A stretch of 63,983 nucleotides of DNA, the filler included, from Stramenopiles sp. TOSAG23-3 (lineage: Eukaryota): assembly GCA_900128585.1 (NCBI GenBank). It is 7 parts of 7 records of this genome, joined end to end, with 100 filler letters (N's around TTAATTAATTAA, not from the genome) between each part and the next. Parts side by side here need not be neighbours in the genome. Positions count along the whole stretch, not along the records: positions 29,163 to 43,618 come from LT642566.1; 6 more parts are not named here. One strand, 5' to 3'. The notes beneath the pieces were generated by a model. The model did no database searches and was not told where the DNA came from. It saw nothing but the letters and a program-made list of their open reading frames with translations. Made by a program: the position numbers and the translations under genes. Of the stretch, positions 30,496-41,709 are shown one piece after another. Position 1 is the first letter of the stretch; the number at the start of each line of letters is the position of its first letter.

Positions 30496-31977
30496 ATGGG
30501 CCTGTCAAAATTTTACGGTGTGTTGCTCTGTTTGTTTCTTGCTTCAGATAGCTTCCGTGCGGTTGTTTCTGGCCAAGAGCTTAAGACAAATATTTTCACC
30601 AAGTTTTTGAAGAAAACCCCCACTTTTTTGAAGAAAGATGCGGATGTTGTTCGGTCGGTAGAGACAAAGCACAAAGGGGTAAAACTGCAGCCGACCTGCC
30701 AGATGACTTTCAGGGAGCAGATCTTCGACGGGGTGTGCACCACTCAGAAGCACTGCCGCCTCTCGGTCCTGGACAGTGACGGGTCTGCGCGGGATGCTGG
30801 CGGATTTTACAAGAGAGGGTACAAATCCCTCACTCAGAAGACGTGCGGAACGCAGGGTTCAGAACGGTTAGATTGTTGCGCAGAGATTCAGTGCATGAAA
30901 GGACACGGGCACTGCATTAATCCGCACGGTCCCAACGCGATAAAGTGCGGTGAGCAAGTCGTCAGTGGGCACTGCCCCGGGGCGACGATATGTTGCCCGT
31001 TTGACGACGACTCGTTCGGGGACTACCAAAAGAAAGAGTTCAAGGAACACAAGCCTTGCCTAGTCACGGAGGTGGGCGGGGCGGGGGGTGTGTGCCGACA
31101 TTGGAAGACTGGGGACTGCACCACAGGGTGGGAAAGCGGCCACTGCGACGGGGCCGATAGGTGCTGCCCCAACGCAATAGATAGCGCCCAGAAATGGAAA
31201 GCAGAGCAAGTGCAGAAAGAGTGCGACCTTGTCGGACCGGCTGCAAAGCATTTAAACCTAGACATCACGATGCTCTTAGCGTTTAAAAAGGTAGAGAGTG
31301 GGGGTGCACCCGGCGCCGTCCGCTTCGAATGCCACCTATGGAAGCGAGACAAGAAAGTTTCGGCGGCAAACAAGAAAAAGATGCCGTGCTCCATAATGCC
31401 CGGGGATAGTTTTTCCAAGGTTGCCTCGGAATCCAGCTCGAACGCGTTCATGAAAGCGTACAATTTCGACAAAGCAGGTGCCATCCGTGCGACATCTTTC
31501 GGGCTTTTTCAAGTCATGGGCGCGTACCTTCTACGCCTCGAATCAAACCCGCAAAAGGCGCTAGACCTTTTTCGGAAACACAGCAAAGAGGTCAGCATGA
31601 AACTGCTTGCCCTTTGGTTCAAGGACCCCTCTTGGGGCGCCATCGCTGCCAAGCGGGCGAGAAAAATAAAGAGCTCTTCCGCGAAGCACATAGACGACTG
31701 GAAATTCGTCGTGCGAAAGTACAATGGCCCCGGCCAAGTGAATTATTACACCCAAAAGCTTAGAGAAGCGTACAATTTGTACGACGGTAGTTGCCCCGAC
31801 GCGTCAACGTACAGCACCGATGATTTTCTTCGTGGTGTTGAAACGGTTACCGCAAGCGTGAACCTCCGTACGGAAGATCTCATGCGAAACCGTCGCGGGG
31901 GGTTGTTCCAGGAATTCTTGCACAGAAATACAAAGATGTTGCTGGTCGATTCCAGAAACCATGAGATGGAAGCATAA
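30496..31977 (+). CDS. Secreted N-acetylmuramidase (DUF3380/phage endolysin-like) with three six-Cys repeats
   Basis: Signal peptide; three C..GxC..C..C..CC units; AFKKVESGG, VRFECHLW, ATSFGLFQVMG, FVVRKYNGPG. Confidence 0.82.
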   Translation: MGLSKFYGVLLCLFLASDSFRAVVSGQELKTNIFTKFLKKTPTFLKKDADVVRSVETKHKGVKLQPTCQMTFREQIFDGVCTTQKHCRLSVLDSDGSARDAGGFYKRGYKSLTQKTCGTQGSERLDCCAEIQCMKGHGHCINPHGPNAIKCGEQVVSGHCPGATICCPFDDDSFGDYQKKEFKEHKPCLVTEVGGAGGVCRHWKTGDCTTGWESGHCDGADRCCPNAIDSAQKWKAEQVQKECDLVGPAAKHLNLDITMLLAFKKVESGGAPGAVRFECHLWKRDKKVSAANKKKMPCSIMPGDSFSKVASESSSNAFMKAYNFDKAGAIRATSFGLFQVMGAYLLRLESNPQKALDLFRKHSKEVSMKLLALWFKDPSWGAIAAKRARKIKSSSAKHIDDWKFVVRKYNGPGQVNYYTQKLREAYNLYDGSCPDASTYSTDDFLRGVETVTASVNLRTEDLMRNRRGGLFQEFLHRNTKMLLVDSRNHEMEA

Positions 31978-32698
31978 ATCTGATTTTTTTGTAACCTAAA
32001 ACTACTACGAATGAACAAACAAACACCGACCATTATTGTAACATTCGCGTATTTAAACTATTCTATATCTAAACTATATAGTTGTTATTCAACAAACGAC
32101 TTCAATAATAGTCTTCTTCTAACAAACAACAACACAACATCATAATATCGTCGTTTGATAGACGATCAAAATTGAATGTTGTGAATTTTATAATACTATA
32201 GTATCGCTATATAAATAATACAATACATATATGAATAATAAGAAGCTTCTTTTTTTATTTTTTATATTTTATATTTGATCATCGATCGTGACACTACGTC
32301 GTACTACATTCTAAATACATATTACATTATCTTGTCGTCTTGTATTACATTAATACATTGAATAGTGTAACAAACTAAAATTCCAACCAAGGCACTTTAC
32401 TAAAAAAACAACTGGAAGTAGTTATAGAACTTGGTATTAAAAAACTGGTCTGGATGGTGGTCGGTTGATCGATGATTGCATTGATGATTGTATTATTTAT
32501 TAATTCATTCTCTCCTTAGTTAACGACCTAAACAATTGGAAAATTAATAATCGAAAGTATTTCATAGTTGAAGTTGGTGTATATTCAATTGTTCTCAACC
32601 TTATCTTTTTGTTCTTGTGTTTTGTGAGAAGGGTTTCCTTTGTTCGTGATCCCTCTGCTCGATTGTGCACAACGTCCACCCGTGCGTGGGGAACAATA

Positions 32699-33604
32699 AT
32701 GGGGCGAAATGGCAGTGTCGGTAAAGACTCCGCCCTGGAGGCATTGTATCAGGTTCAAAAGCGTCGTGGGTGGAAAGAAAGGCCTAGGCCGTCACAACCG
32801 AACTTTTCGAGCGTCATAACGGCAATAGATCTGTGGAAGGGAAAGTCCTACTGGGCCATTAATAAGCTCTCTTCCTCGCCACGGAAAAAGACCAGGGACG
32901 CACTGCTGCACACCGTGTCTGCCTGGTTGAACCGAAGAAAGAAGCGTGGGGGGCCGAGTAAGTTTGTCGAAGCAGGCCTGGCAAAACGGTTTGAAGAGGA
33001 AATCATGCGGGCGGGTGATGCTGAAATAGCTGGGGCAAAGTGCAACAGCGCGACGTGTTCGGCGGGAGGAAAGCCTCGTTGCTCCGCGAAAAAGGAGTCG
33101 TCAGTCCCCACGTCAAAACCCTCCGAGAAGAAATACCTGAACGCCACGCAATGTCCCGTTTTGCACACTTGCCCTGAGGCCGGTGTCCACGTAGATTTTA
33201 TGGTGGATGGAACTCTTGAGTGCAAGCACCGTGCAACGTCGCGAAAATGCTGCTACGACAGTCAGGACCACGTCCATGTTGGAAATTTGGCAATGTTGGA
33301 TAGTTCGGAATGGGAGCAATGGGGGGAATTAGTGCAGGGCTTGACCAACCACGGGGGGCTAGCTGTTCAAGAGGGCGAACACAAACAAGGCCATGAACAC
33401 GCACAAAGCTGTGGGCATCGTGCCGTATTGCACAAGTGCCCCGAAGAAGGGCCGCATTTGGACTTTATAGTAGATGGAGAAATCCAATGTCGGCATCGGT
33501 CAAACTCTCTAACGTGCTGCGATGACACCCATGTAGTCGTCGAGAACATGAACGAAATAGAGCAAACGGAGTGGGACAACCTGATAAAACTATTGGGAGA
33601 GTAG
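32699..33604 (+). CDS. Unknown protein: basic N-terminus and two His/Cys-rich repeats
   Basis: VLHTCPEAGVHVDFMVDGTLECKHR..CC and VLHKCPEEGPHLDFIVDGEIQCRHR..CC; HEHAQSCGH linker; GC-rich coding-like block. Confidence 0.8.
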   Translation: MGRNGSVGKDSALEALYQVQKRRGWKERPRPSQPNFSSVITAIDLWKGKSYWAINKLSSSPRKKTRDALLHTVSAWLNRRKKRGGPSKFVEAGLAKRFEEEIMRAGDAEIAGAKCNSATCSAGGKPRCSAKKESSVPTSKPSEKKYLNATQCPVLHTCPEAGVHVDFMVDGTLECKHRATSRKCCYDSQDHVHVGNLAMLDSSEWEQWGELVQGLTNHGGLAVQEGEHKQGHEHAQSCGHRAVLHKCPEEGPHLDFIVDGEIQCRHRSNSLTCCDDTHVVVENMNEIEQTEWDNLIKLLGE

Positions 33605-33785
33605 AAGGCCACTTTAGTGAGTCCTTCGTAGAGAGGGCAGGGGAGGAAGAGAGTGCTTGCGTTTGTGTCGTGTCATGTTTTTAATTTATTTTTGCATTGT
33701 GATTTAAACAATATATACTTTTTTTTGTGTGTGTGTGTTTTTTTTTTTACGTTAATTCACTTTTGTCTTGTTAAACAAATTACTT

Positions 33786-35220
33786 ATTAAGCCGCTGCTT
33801 GGGAAATCGCACAAGGATTGAGTCACCTATGAGTGAGATATCGGATGAGGAAGTTGATTACGGTTCATTTGCAAGCATTGCCAATCCAGATACCGATTCG
33901 GATTTTCAGTTTTCAGTTCGCAGTATATTCAGTTCGCAGTACATTGTTTTTAAAAAAAATACTTAAATAACAGCCAATTTTCTTGCTTTTTTTTAATTAA
34001 AAAAATAGAACAGCCAATATTGTTTTTGTTGTAACAACGTGTTGTCAATCCAAATACCCGATTCGGATAAAATGCATGAGTACATCGTGATAGTCTAAAC
34101 TACTTTGTAAGTGACAAGGGTGTATTGATTTTAGTAAAATCACAGGAGCAGAGATAAATCCGCAGTATGCGAATGAACGTAAACCTTTAATGGACAAAAG
34201 GAGCAGATTCACTTTTTCGTGTTGTACAAGAAGAAGATAAATTTTAATTAATCTGATTCATTTACTAGTGAGCCATCGGATGAGGAAGTTGACTACGGGT
34301 CTTTTGCCATCGACGCAAATCCACCTACCGATTCGGACCACGCGTGGAGTACATCTGAGCATGATAATCAAGACTAAATAACAACGGTATATTGATTAGT
34401 AAATCGACAAAAGAAGAGATAAGTTCGCCGTACATGAAGGAACGTAACATTTAATGGACGAAAGGAGCAGATTCGTTTTCGCGGTACATGAGGAAGATAA
34501 ATTTTAATTAACACTTTATAAATCACAGCCAGTTTTTTGTTTTTTTATAAGTAAAAAAGGATTGAGTCGTCTATGAGTGAGATATCCGGCGAGGAAGTTG
34601 ATTATGGGTCATTTGGAAGCATTGCTAATCCATCTACCGATTCAGATCATGCAAGAGCAAAGATAAGTTCGCAGTACACGAAGGAATGTAAACCTCGAAT
34701 GTCTAAATCTAGAGTTCAGTTCGCAGTACATTAATTTTAGCTTCCTCATACCCTAAGTAAAAAATGTTTCAACAGATGCTTTAATATATATAGTATGTAT
34801 GGATGGATGCTTTAATATATATATATGATAGTGCTTTTTTAGAAAAAAATAAATTACATAGGCATAGTATGTTTTAAGACTCTCATTTTAAATCAATTAC
34901 TATTTCAGTTCCAACCCAAGTGCTTTCTTTAATACATTCGTACCTCGAAATGGCACAAGTTACCTGTACAGGGTACAGGTAGTTAACTATATTTTGACCA
35001 CGCATGGAGTGTACATCTGAGCATGATAATCAAGACTAAATGACAACAGAATTTTGATTTGTAAATCCACAAGGAGTAGAGATAAGTGCGCCGTACATGA
35101 AGTAACGTAAACCTTTAATATGGACGAAAGGAGAAGATTCATTTTGGCACGAGAAAGCTACATTTTTTATTACTTAAATAACAGCCAATTTTTTGTTTGT
35201 AAATATATAACAGCCAATAT
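33786..35220 (+). repeat. Cluster of 4-5 partial copies of a degenerate dispersed element (likely TE or gene relic)
   Basis: Repeated blocks gaggaagttgaytayggktcwttt, gagataa.t.cgc.gta, atggac.aaaggagcagattc, acttaaataacagccaattt. Confidence 0.85.
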
Positions 35221-35294
35221 TTTCTTTTTATTTTGTAGTTTGCACCAATTTCCTTCCTTTAAAATTCGCCATATATTTTTGACCAGTTAACTGC

Positions 35295-36800
35295 TTAGTG
35301 CCCGTGTCCTGCGTGCGGATCGGCGGCTGCACCACCTTCATCGGCGGCCGGCATGTTCTCGCAGTGCTTGTGGAACGTGAGAATTATGGCAATTATCGCG
35401 AACCCCAACATAACTATCGCAAAGTGCAGAAGCCGGTCTTTCTTCTTGACCGTCAATAACTTTGGCATGCACTCTACGCAACCGATCCAGACATATGCAC
35501 CCGCAGCGAAAGCCAAGATGAAGCATTTAAGTTCCTTGCCCACCGGAGCGGAAGCTGCAATAGCGCCACCGATCATGCAGGACAGGCCCGAAAGAAAATT
35601 CATCAGCAGCGCCTCGAACGTGGACATTTTTCCCGCTCCCCGGAGAACCAAAAAGTCTGCCCATTCTTGCGGAAGCTCGTGCGCCACGGCACCTGCCATG
35701 ACAGCCCATCCCATGGCAGCATCGCAGGTCGTAAAGGCTATCATAACGGCGAGACCGTCCGCAAAATTATGCAGAAAGTCACCCACCAACACGGGCCCAA
35801 CGACGGTACCCCAGTTTTTGGGGCGAATAGCAAACTTGCTGTCCGGCGTCTTGTCATTCGTCTGTGGCAAATCGGTACTTTTCCCGACTTTCGCACGGAG
35901 CTGGTTCACATTGCCCATCTCGATCTCCTTGATCTCCTTGGCCGTCCCGACTTCATTGAACTGGACGCCAAATGCCCAATTAATCCCCAAATTAACGATA
36001 AAACCGAGGAAAAGAGCGATGCCGACGAAAAAGTTGTTCGAATTTTCGTTCCCGTACCCCCAGGCGCCGTCGATGATTCGTACACTCTCTGGAATGATGA
36101 TCAGAACGCTTACCGAGAGGAGTGCCCCGCACGCGAAAGCGGCGGACGTCGTTATCAAGAATTCGGGATTTCCGGACGATTTAATGCATGGAAGCGTCGC
36201 AACGATGCCTATTAGTGTGCAAAATGACACGATTAGGCACGCCACAACTCCAAGGCCCACGTTGGACTTTCCATGGTCATCATGGTGCCCACCACTCTTT
36301 TTCCCAGGCTCTGTCGCTGTCGCTTCGTAGGCCTTCCCTGAGGCGTCCAGCAGTTCAAAATCAAACTCGCTCGTTAAATGTTGAAAGAAGAACGCGTGGG
36401 CGGAATCTGACGCTACTGTGAACCTGTATGCTGATCGTGGCGTCGTCTGGTCGAACTTGAGCGAGTACAACGTGTTCGTGGCGAGTTTCCCTGAAAATCG
36501 GTTTCCAAGCACTTCGGTGGCGCTTCCATCCCACAGCGTCTCCGCGGCGGCCTCGACCGTCTCGATCCCGTCTGTGGTTTTGGCAGTTGTAGTTACGTAC
36601 GAAAAGTTGCAGATGGCATCCGCGTATTTTCCACCCTTTTTAGAAAAGTAAATGGTGTAATTTCCTGTCTCGGCGCTTTCGTGCAGGTCGTAGACCGCTG
36701 CAAACTCCCATTTATGCGAGGACCCCCCCAGGGCGGGTTGCAACATGAGGACGGTTGCGAGCACGCACGCAAGGACCCCAATTCTGACGGTTGGCTTCAT
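35295..36800 (-). CDS. ZIP (LIV-1-like) metal transporter with signal peptide and extracellular domain
   Basis: GDFLHNFADGL, HELPQEWADF; His patches GGHHDDHG and PHAGHGH. Confidence 0.92.
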   Translation of the reverse strand: MKPTVRIGVLACVLATVLMLQPALGGSSHKWEFAAVYDLHESAETGNYTIYFSKKGGKYADAICNFSYVTTTAKTTDGIETVEAAAETLWDGSATEVLGNRFSGKLATNTLYSLKFDQTTPRSAYRFTVASDSAHAFFFQHLTSEFDFELLDASGKAYEATATEPGKKSGGHHDDHGKSNVGLGVVACLIVSFCTLIGIVATLPCIKSSGNPEFLITTSAAFACGALLSVSVLIIIPESVRIIDGAWGYGNENSNNFFVGIALFLGFIVNLGINWAFGVQFNEVGTAKEIKEIEMGNVNQLRAKVGKSTDLPQTNDKTPDSKFAIRPKNWGTVVGPVLVGDFLHNFADGLAVMIAFTTCDAAMGWAVMAGAVAHELPQEWADFLVLRGAGKMSTFEALLMNFLSGLSCMIGGAIAASAPVGKELKCFILAFAAGAYVWIGCVECMPKLLTVKKKDRLLHFAIVMLGFAIIAIILTFHKHCENMPAADEGGAAADPHAGHGH

Positions 36801-37762
36801 TACTTTTGTTTTATGCGGTGTGGTGGGTTGGTGTGATAATGAAAGGGAAAAAAGAGTATTTATATCTGTCTCTGTTTATTTGTTTGTATCTGCTTTAAAC
36901 TTTCTCTATCACTTTTTCAGTGAGATTGAAATCTACTATGTTTGGTTTTGTTTATATAAATACTACTGTCGTAACAACAAAACTGCCACACAACACACCA
37001 CAAACAAAAAACAACCACACAACGAACGAAGAAGAAAGAAAAAAACAAACAACTATCATCAAAAAAAACAATCTTCCGGTAGTACCTGGTATGGTACTAC
37101 CATTATGACACAGCATTGTTTTATTTTTAAAATTATTTTTCGCAATATAAAACAACAACAAAAAACTGTACGATGTTGTACGATATAGAAGATAGAAGAA
37201 GAAATAAATAATTTTATTTTTTTAAATGAGAAGGAGATGAGAAAGTTTTCTTGTTTTTTAGTATTTATCTTTTTTTATATTAACAATATAATAAATTATA
37301 CTTTTTTTTTAATTGTTATCCAATATAAATATCATTTTATAATTAATTAAGTAATAAAAACTCCTTAATCTAATAATATTTTTTAAATAAGGAATTATAT
37401 TTTTATGAAATTGATTTAGTCGTTCTTCGAGTATATTTTTGGACTCTCACAGCCTCGATTTATTTATGCTATGATGATCTATTGATTGTTGTTTTCTTTC
37501 AATTGTTTATAAGTCCACGAAAGTGATAAACTAATTCCTTTGGTAATTGTAGCCTTAATTTATTTATCCGCTTTATGATAGGGGAATGTTAGTAATATAA
37601 TTTGTATACTTTATAGTAGGGAATCTCAATCATCATCATCGTCTCAATTCCAATTTTCTTTCGTCGTGAGATAAAATATTATACAAGTAGAAAAGATTTG
37701 GTCCAATATTTTAGAAAAATTTCATATTGTCTTAACTTTCAAACTTTGCAATTTCTTTCAAA

Positions 37763-38341
37763 TCATGTTCTACTCAATGCCCCGAGCTGATCCCGTATTT
37801 TGTGCATACCATCTATCAGGGTCCCAAGGCTTTCTTTGCTCAACTCAAAATTTACACTTTTCACCGCGGGCGGTTCCGATGCCGTTCGTGGCTGTTCCTT
37901 CACTTTTAAATCCAACACGACGGTGGGGACGTGCATCCGTGACATCTGCTGGGAGGACACTTTTACGTCTACTTGCCAGTTCATATCGACCATTCGGGGC
38001 CACGATATCATTTTGCGGGAAGCATCGGCCTTCCAATCTAACAAATTACGGCCTACGGTCTTTGCGATTAGCTTCTTCAACTTGTCGTCCAAGCTCGGGT
38101 CGCAGCAGTTATAAATGGCCTGGTAGTCGACTTGCGCGGACGCCGAGTACAACGACTTCGCTATAACATGCCTTGCCGCCTCCAGCACAGCCCTAACTTC
38201 CCCTTGCTTAATCCCAAGCCCATCCGCTACTTTATCGGCAGGCGCGTATGACAGGTCCCCACGGTAATGAAAGGCGTATGCAAACACTTCCTCCAATATG
38301 GTCTTATTTTTTGCGCCCATCAGGGCGGTCAGTGCAGACAT
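37763..38341 (-). CDS. COMM domain protein (COMMD9-like)
   Basis: PRMVDMNWQVDVKVSS..VPTVVLDL..VNFELSKESLGTLIDGMHKIRDQL. Confidence 0.87.
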   Translation of the reverse strand: MSALTALMGAKNKTILEEVFAYAFHYRGDLSYAPADKVADGLGIKQGEVRAVLEAARHVIAKSLYSASAQVDYQAIYNCCDPSLDDKLKKLIAKTVGRNLLDWKADASRKMISWPRMVDMNWQVDVKVSSQQMSRMHVPTVVLDLKVKEQPRTASEPPAVKSVNFELSKESLGTLIDGMHKIRDQLGALSRT

Positions 38342-39004
38342 ACTTTGTACAAAAATTGAATAAAGATGGTGGTGGATGGTAAGTACCGCTGTGTACCAAA
38401 TCGGTTAAAATTGAGTGTGGGACGAAATTATGTACAATCCACAATTAACGAAATCATGGAGATGTTTCTTTTTCATGTCTATCTATACAGATACAAAATT
38501 CATTATTAATTTTTTACGTATCACATTATATATATTATTATATAATAAAATAAAAAAATATTTATTATTATTCTCTTTTATTATTACAGAGAGAAGAAGA
38601 CGACAGAACAGGGAGTGTGATGTGAATGATGAAGTGAGGATGATTATGATACGACGGACGACGGTGCGAGTAATAAATGAAAAAATGAAATATAGACTAC
38701 CTTAATATCATAATATATAGTTATATAATTATAGAACCAAAATATTAAACAGAACGAAATCAGAAAAAAGATTTTATGGCTTTTTTGTTTTAAATATATG
38801 TTAATAGGATAAATATCATTTGTAGGGAAATCCTTATTATTACTTAGTTGTTTATTTCGAGTAGTACAGGACGGGAGGAGGAGGTAGGGAAAAAAGTATA
38901 TGATATTAAAAAGAGACACGTAAATTTTGTTAAAAAATTTTAACTTCTTAGTTAACTAACGAATTATGCACTCAATTCTTTCCAAGAAAGATAACAGGAA
39001 TCGT

Positions 39005-39622
39005 CTAACGGTAACGTTTAAGTTTAAGTACGTTGCGACGTTTCCAGTTTCCACGCCATGAGGAACCTATAATCTTGTTGGCGCGATGTCCCCTCTTTCT
39101 CAATCCACGACCGGAGCGTCCTGCCGACGTCAACCCGCGCATTTCACGGTGCTTGTGTGTTGGGTTGCAGATCCAGTTAACGCGGGCGTCGTTGCGGATG
39201 GCGTTGTGCTGGACATCCACAAGGATAACTTCGAAATATTTCCAGGAACTGTCGCTGTTTACCCAGTAGCTGTTCAATACGCGCAAGTTTCCGCATACTC
39301 GTCCAACACGTTCTTCTGCGATACTACGCAAGTTACGGCGGGCTTTCAATTGGTTGATACCTTGGTGCTTTGGTTTACCGTAAACAATACCTTTGTTGTT
39401 TTGGCGTTTGCGTCCACCGCGGCGTACAGCAACACGGTATACAACGAAGCCTTGCTTAGCTTTGTAACCCAATCGGCGGGCCTTGTCCGGACGCGTTGGC
39501 TTGGTTATGCGTTGGATCTTTTTGCCTTGGCGGTATTCCCAAGCACGAAGACGAAGCAAGTAGCGAAGGACATCACTTTGCTTTTTCTTCCAGATTTCTT
39601 CCAAATATTTGTATGCAGTCAT
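39005..39622 (-). CDS. RPL15: 60S ribosomal protein L15 (eL15)
   Basis: [40 protein letters not shown]. Confidence 0.99.
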   Translation of the reverse strand: MTAYKYLEEIWKKKQSDVLRYLLRLRAWEYRQGKKIQRITKPTRPDKARRLGYKAKQGFVVYRVAVRRGGRKRQNNKGIVYGKPKHQGINQLKARRNLRSIAEERVGRVCGNLRVLNSYWVNSDSSWKYFEVILVDVQHNAIRNDARVNWICNPTHKHREMRGLTSAGRSGRGLRKRGHRANKIIGSSWRGNWKRRNVLKLKRYR

Positions 39623-40479
39623 TGTTAATGATAGATAAGATTTGTTTTTTTGGTGTGTTTATTAATTTATCTTGGGGAACTCTCTCTTCCTTCGGTAAAT
39701 CTTTCTTTGCATCCAACTTCTTTCCGTAACGAACATGGTCACCGTACCGTTGAAAGAAAGGAGGGGGTGGGGGATTCTTTTAACCTTTCTTTATTATATT
39801 ATTATTATATTAAATATGAAGTCAATCGAACTACCACAGGCAGGCACGCAGTATTATTTTTTTATTATTATAGCGAACTAAGTAGGTTTTAGGAATTTAT
39901 TGATAAATATATAATATTTTGTTTTCTCTTACAGAGTATTGATAAAGTAAATAGTATCTATTTAAAAAATGATAATTGTGGAATGGTTAAATTATTCTAC
40001 CTTAATTAATGAAGCGGAGAAATTCTACCACTCAATTTAATCTTCAGAAGAAAAAATAATATAAAAAACCCTATCAAAAAAATAAAGAATAAAAGAAACA
40101 TTACAATGGAAAACAACAGAGAATACGAAACCATTGCAATACTAATATATAACTACAACTCATAGTCTAAATATAAATATAAGTGCAAACAAATGAACCA
40201 GACACCAACCAATCAATTCATCAATACTGTGTGGATGTATATTATTCATCCTATCCTTCATTCATCATCGAACAATAATTTATATAGGAACAATAACATA
40301 CAACTATTTATATATAGTATACTAATGTGTTCCATTTTCCCTACCGAACCATAACATACTCACAGCATTATTAAATTGATTGGTTGTCAATGCATCAATC
40401 GGAATCAATAAGTAAGGAATGTTATGACTATTGCAAATAGTCAGCACGTTTTGATTTACTTCATCCTCATATTAAAAAG

Positions 40480-40558
40480 ATCTTTTAATCTTCTTACCTA
40501 AAAACAAAATATTATTCACGCACATCTATCTCCTTAATTTACAAAGCAGCAATCTCCA
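40480..40558 (+). repeat. 79-nt segment repeated in inverted orientation at contig end 43540-43618
   Basis: atcttttaatcttcttacc...gcagcaatctcca is the exact reverse complement of the contig-terminal bases. Confidence 0.9.
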
Positions 40559-41049
40559 ATGCTATATGTATATACTATTAAAATCGTTCGGAAGTATATG
40601 CTGTCTGTATATAAATATTATGGACTCTACTATTAATATGTACTTTTATGGTCTGTATTATTTCCTATCTTTTACATCCATTATGATTCAGACGCTATCT
40701 GCATATTGTTTTAATATATCTCTTTGCTATGCGTACGTATTCAATCAAACACAAGAAGAAATGGGAAAGTCATCTTTCCCATTTTTCTTTTTTTAAACAT
40801 GAACATAGTCACACCATTATACAAAAGAAAAACAACAAACGAAGAAAGGATGAAACAAAAAAGTATCCTCAGGTGTAAGTGGAATGAACCAGCGATTGAA
40901 TGGCTACTTGGTCCGTATGTAGGAGAGGTAATGGAAGCCTCGATCGTGTAAAGAAGTAATAGAGTCATAAACTTCGGGTGCATACGTTCTTGTAGCCGCA
41001 AAGTATAAAGGAATAAAATTTGTATTACTTTAAAACAACTCGTTTAACC

Positions 41050-41709
41050 ATGGGTCGCCGTCCAGCTCGCTGCTATCGTTACTGCAAAAACAAGCCGTAC
41101 ATCAAATCGCGTTACTTGCGTGGTGTACCAGAATCCAAGATTCGAATCTATGACGTCGGAAACAAGACGGCCAGTGTGGAAGAGTTCTCCCACTCCGTTC
41201 ACTTGTGCTCCGACGAACGTGAACAGCTTTCTTCCAACTGCTTGGAAGCCGCGCGCATTTGCGCCAACAAGTACCTAGTAAAGACTTGCTCCAAGGACGG
41301 TTTCCACATGCGTATCCGCTGCCACCCTTTCCACGTGCTTCGTATCAATAAAATGCTTTCCTGTGCCGGTGCTGATAGACTTCAGACCGGTATGCGTGGT
41401 GCCTTCGGTAAACCCGAAGGTGTTTGCGCCCGCGTTAAGATTGGCCAGCCAATTATTTCTGTACGAACCCACGAGAAGTTTGTGGATAACGCCGTCGAGG
41501 CCTTGCGTCGTTGCAAGTTTAAGTTCGCCGGACGCCAAAAGTTGATTCTGTCGAACAAGTGGGGGTTCACCAAATGGATGCGTGAAGATTACTTGCGAAT
41601 GCGCGAAGAAGGAACCCTTATCCCGGCCGGCAACCTAGCCAAGTACATTCCAGCACACGGGCCACTTCCAGGAGGCCCGGGAACCAAAAACCCGGACTTC
41701 AGAGCATAA
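41050..41709 (+). CDS. RPL10: 60S ribosomal protein L10 (uL16)
   Basis: [42 protein letters not shown]. Confidence 0.99.
   Translation: MGRRPARCYRYCKNKPYIKSRYLRGVPESKIRIYDVGNKTASVEEFSHSVHLCSDEREQLSSNCLEAARICANKYLVKTCSKDGFHMRIRCHPFHVLRINKMLSCAGADRLQTGMRGAFGKPEGVCARVKIGQPIISVRTHEKFVDNAVEALRRCKFKFAGRQKLILSNKWGFTKWMREDYLRMREEGTLIPAGNLAKYIPAHGPLPGGPGTKNPDFRA

Noticed and set aside
7575-31977. MACPF and muramidase genes as a physical defence cluster
   Set aside because: They lie on different contigs joined artificially; only a functional parallel can be argued.
33786-35220. CRISPR-like array
   Set aside because: Units are long, degenerate and irregular, with no unique spacers or cas genes; context is eukaryotic.
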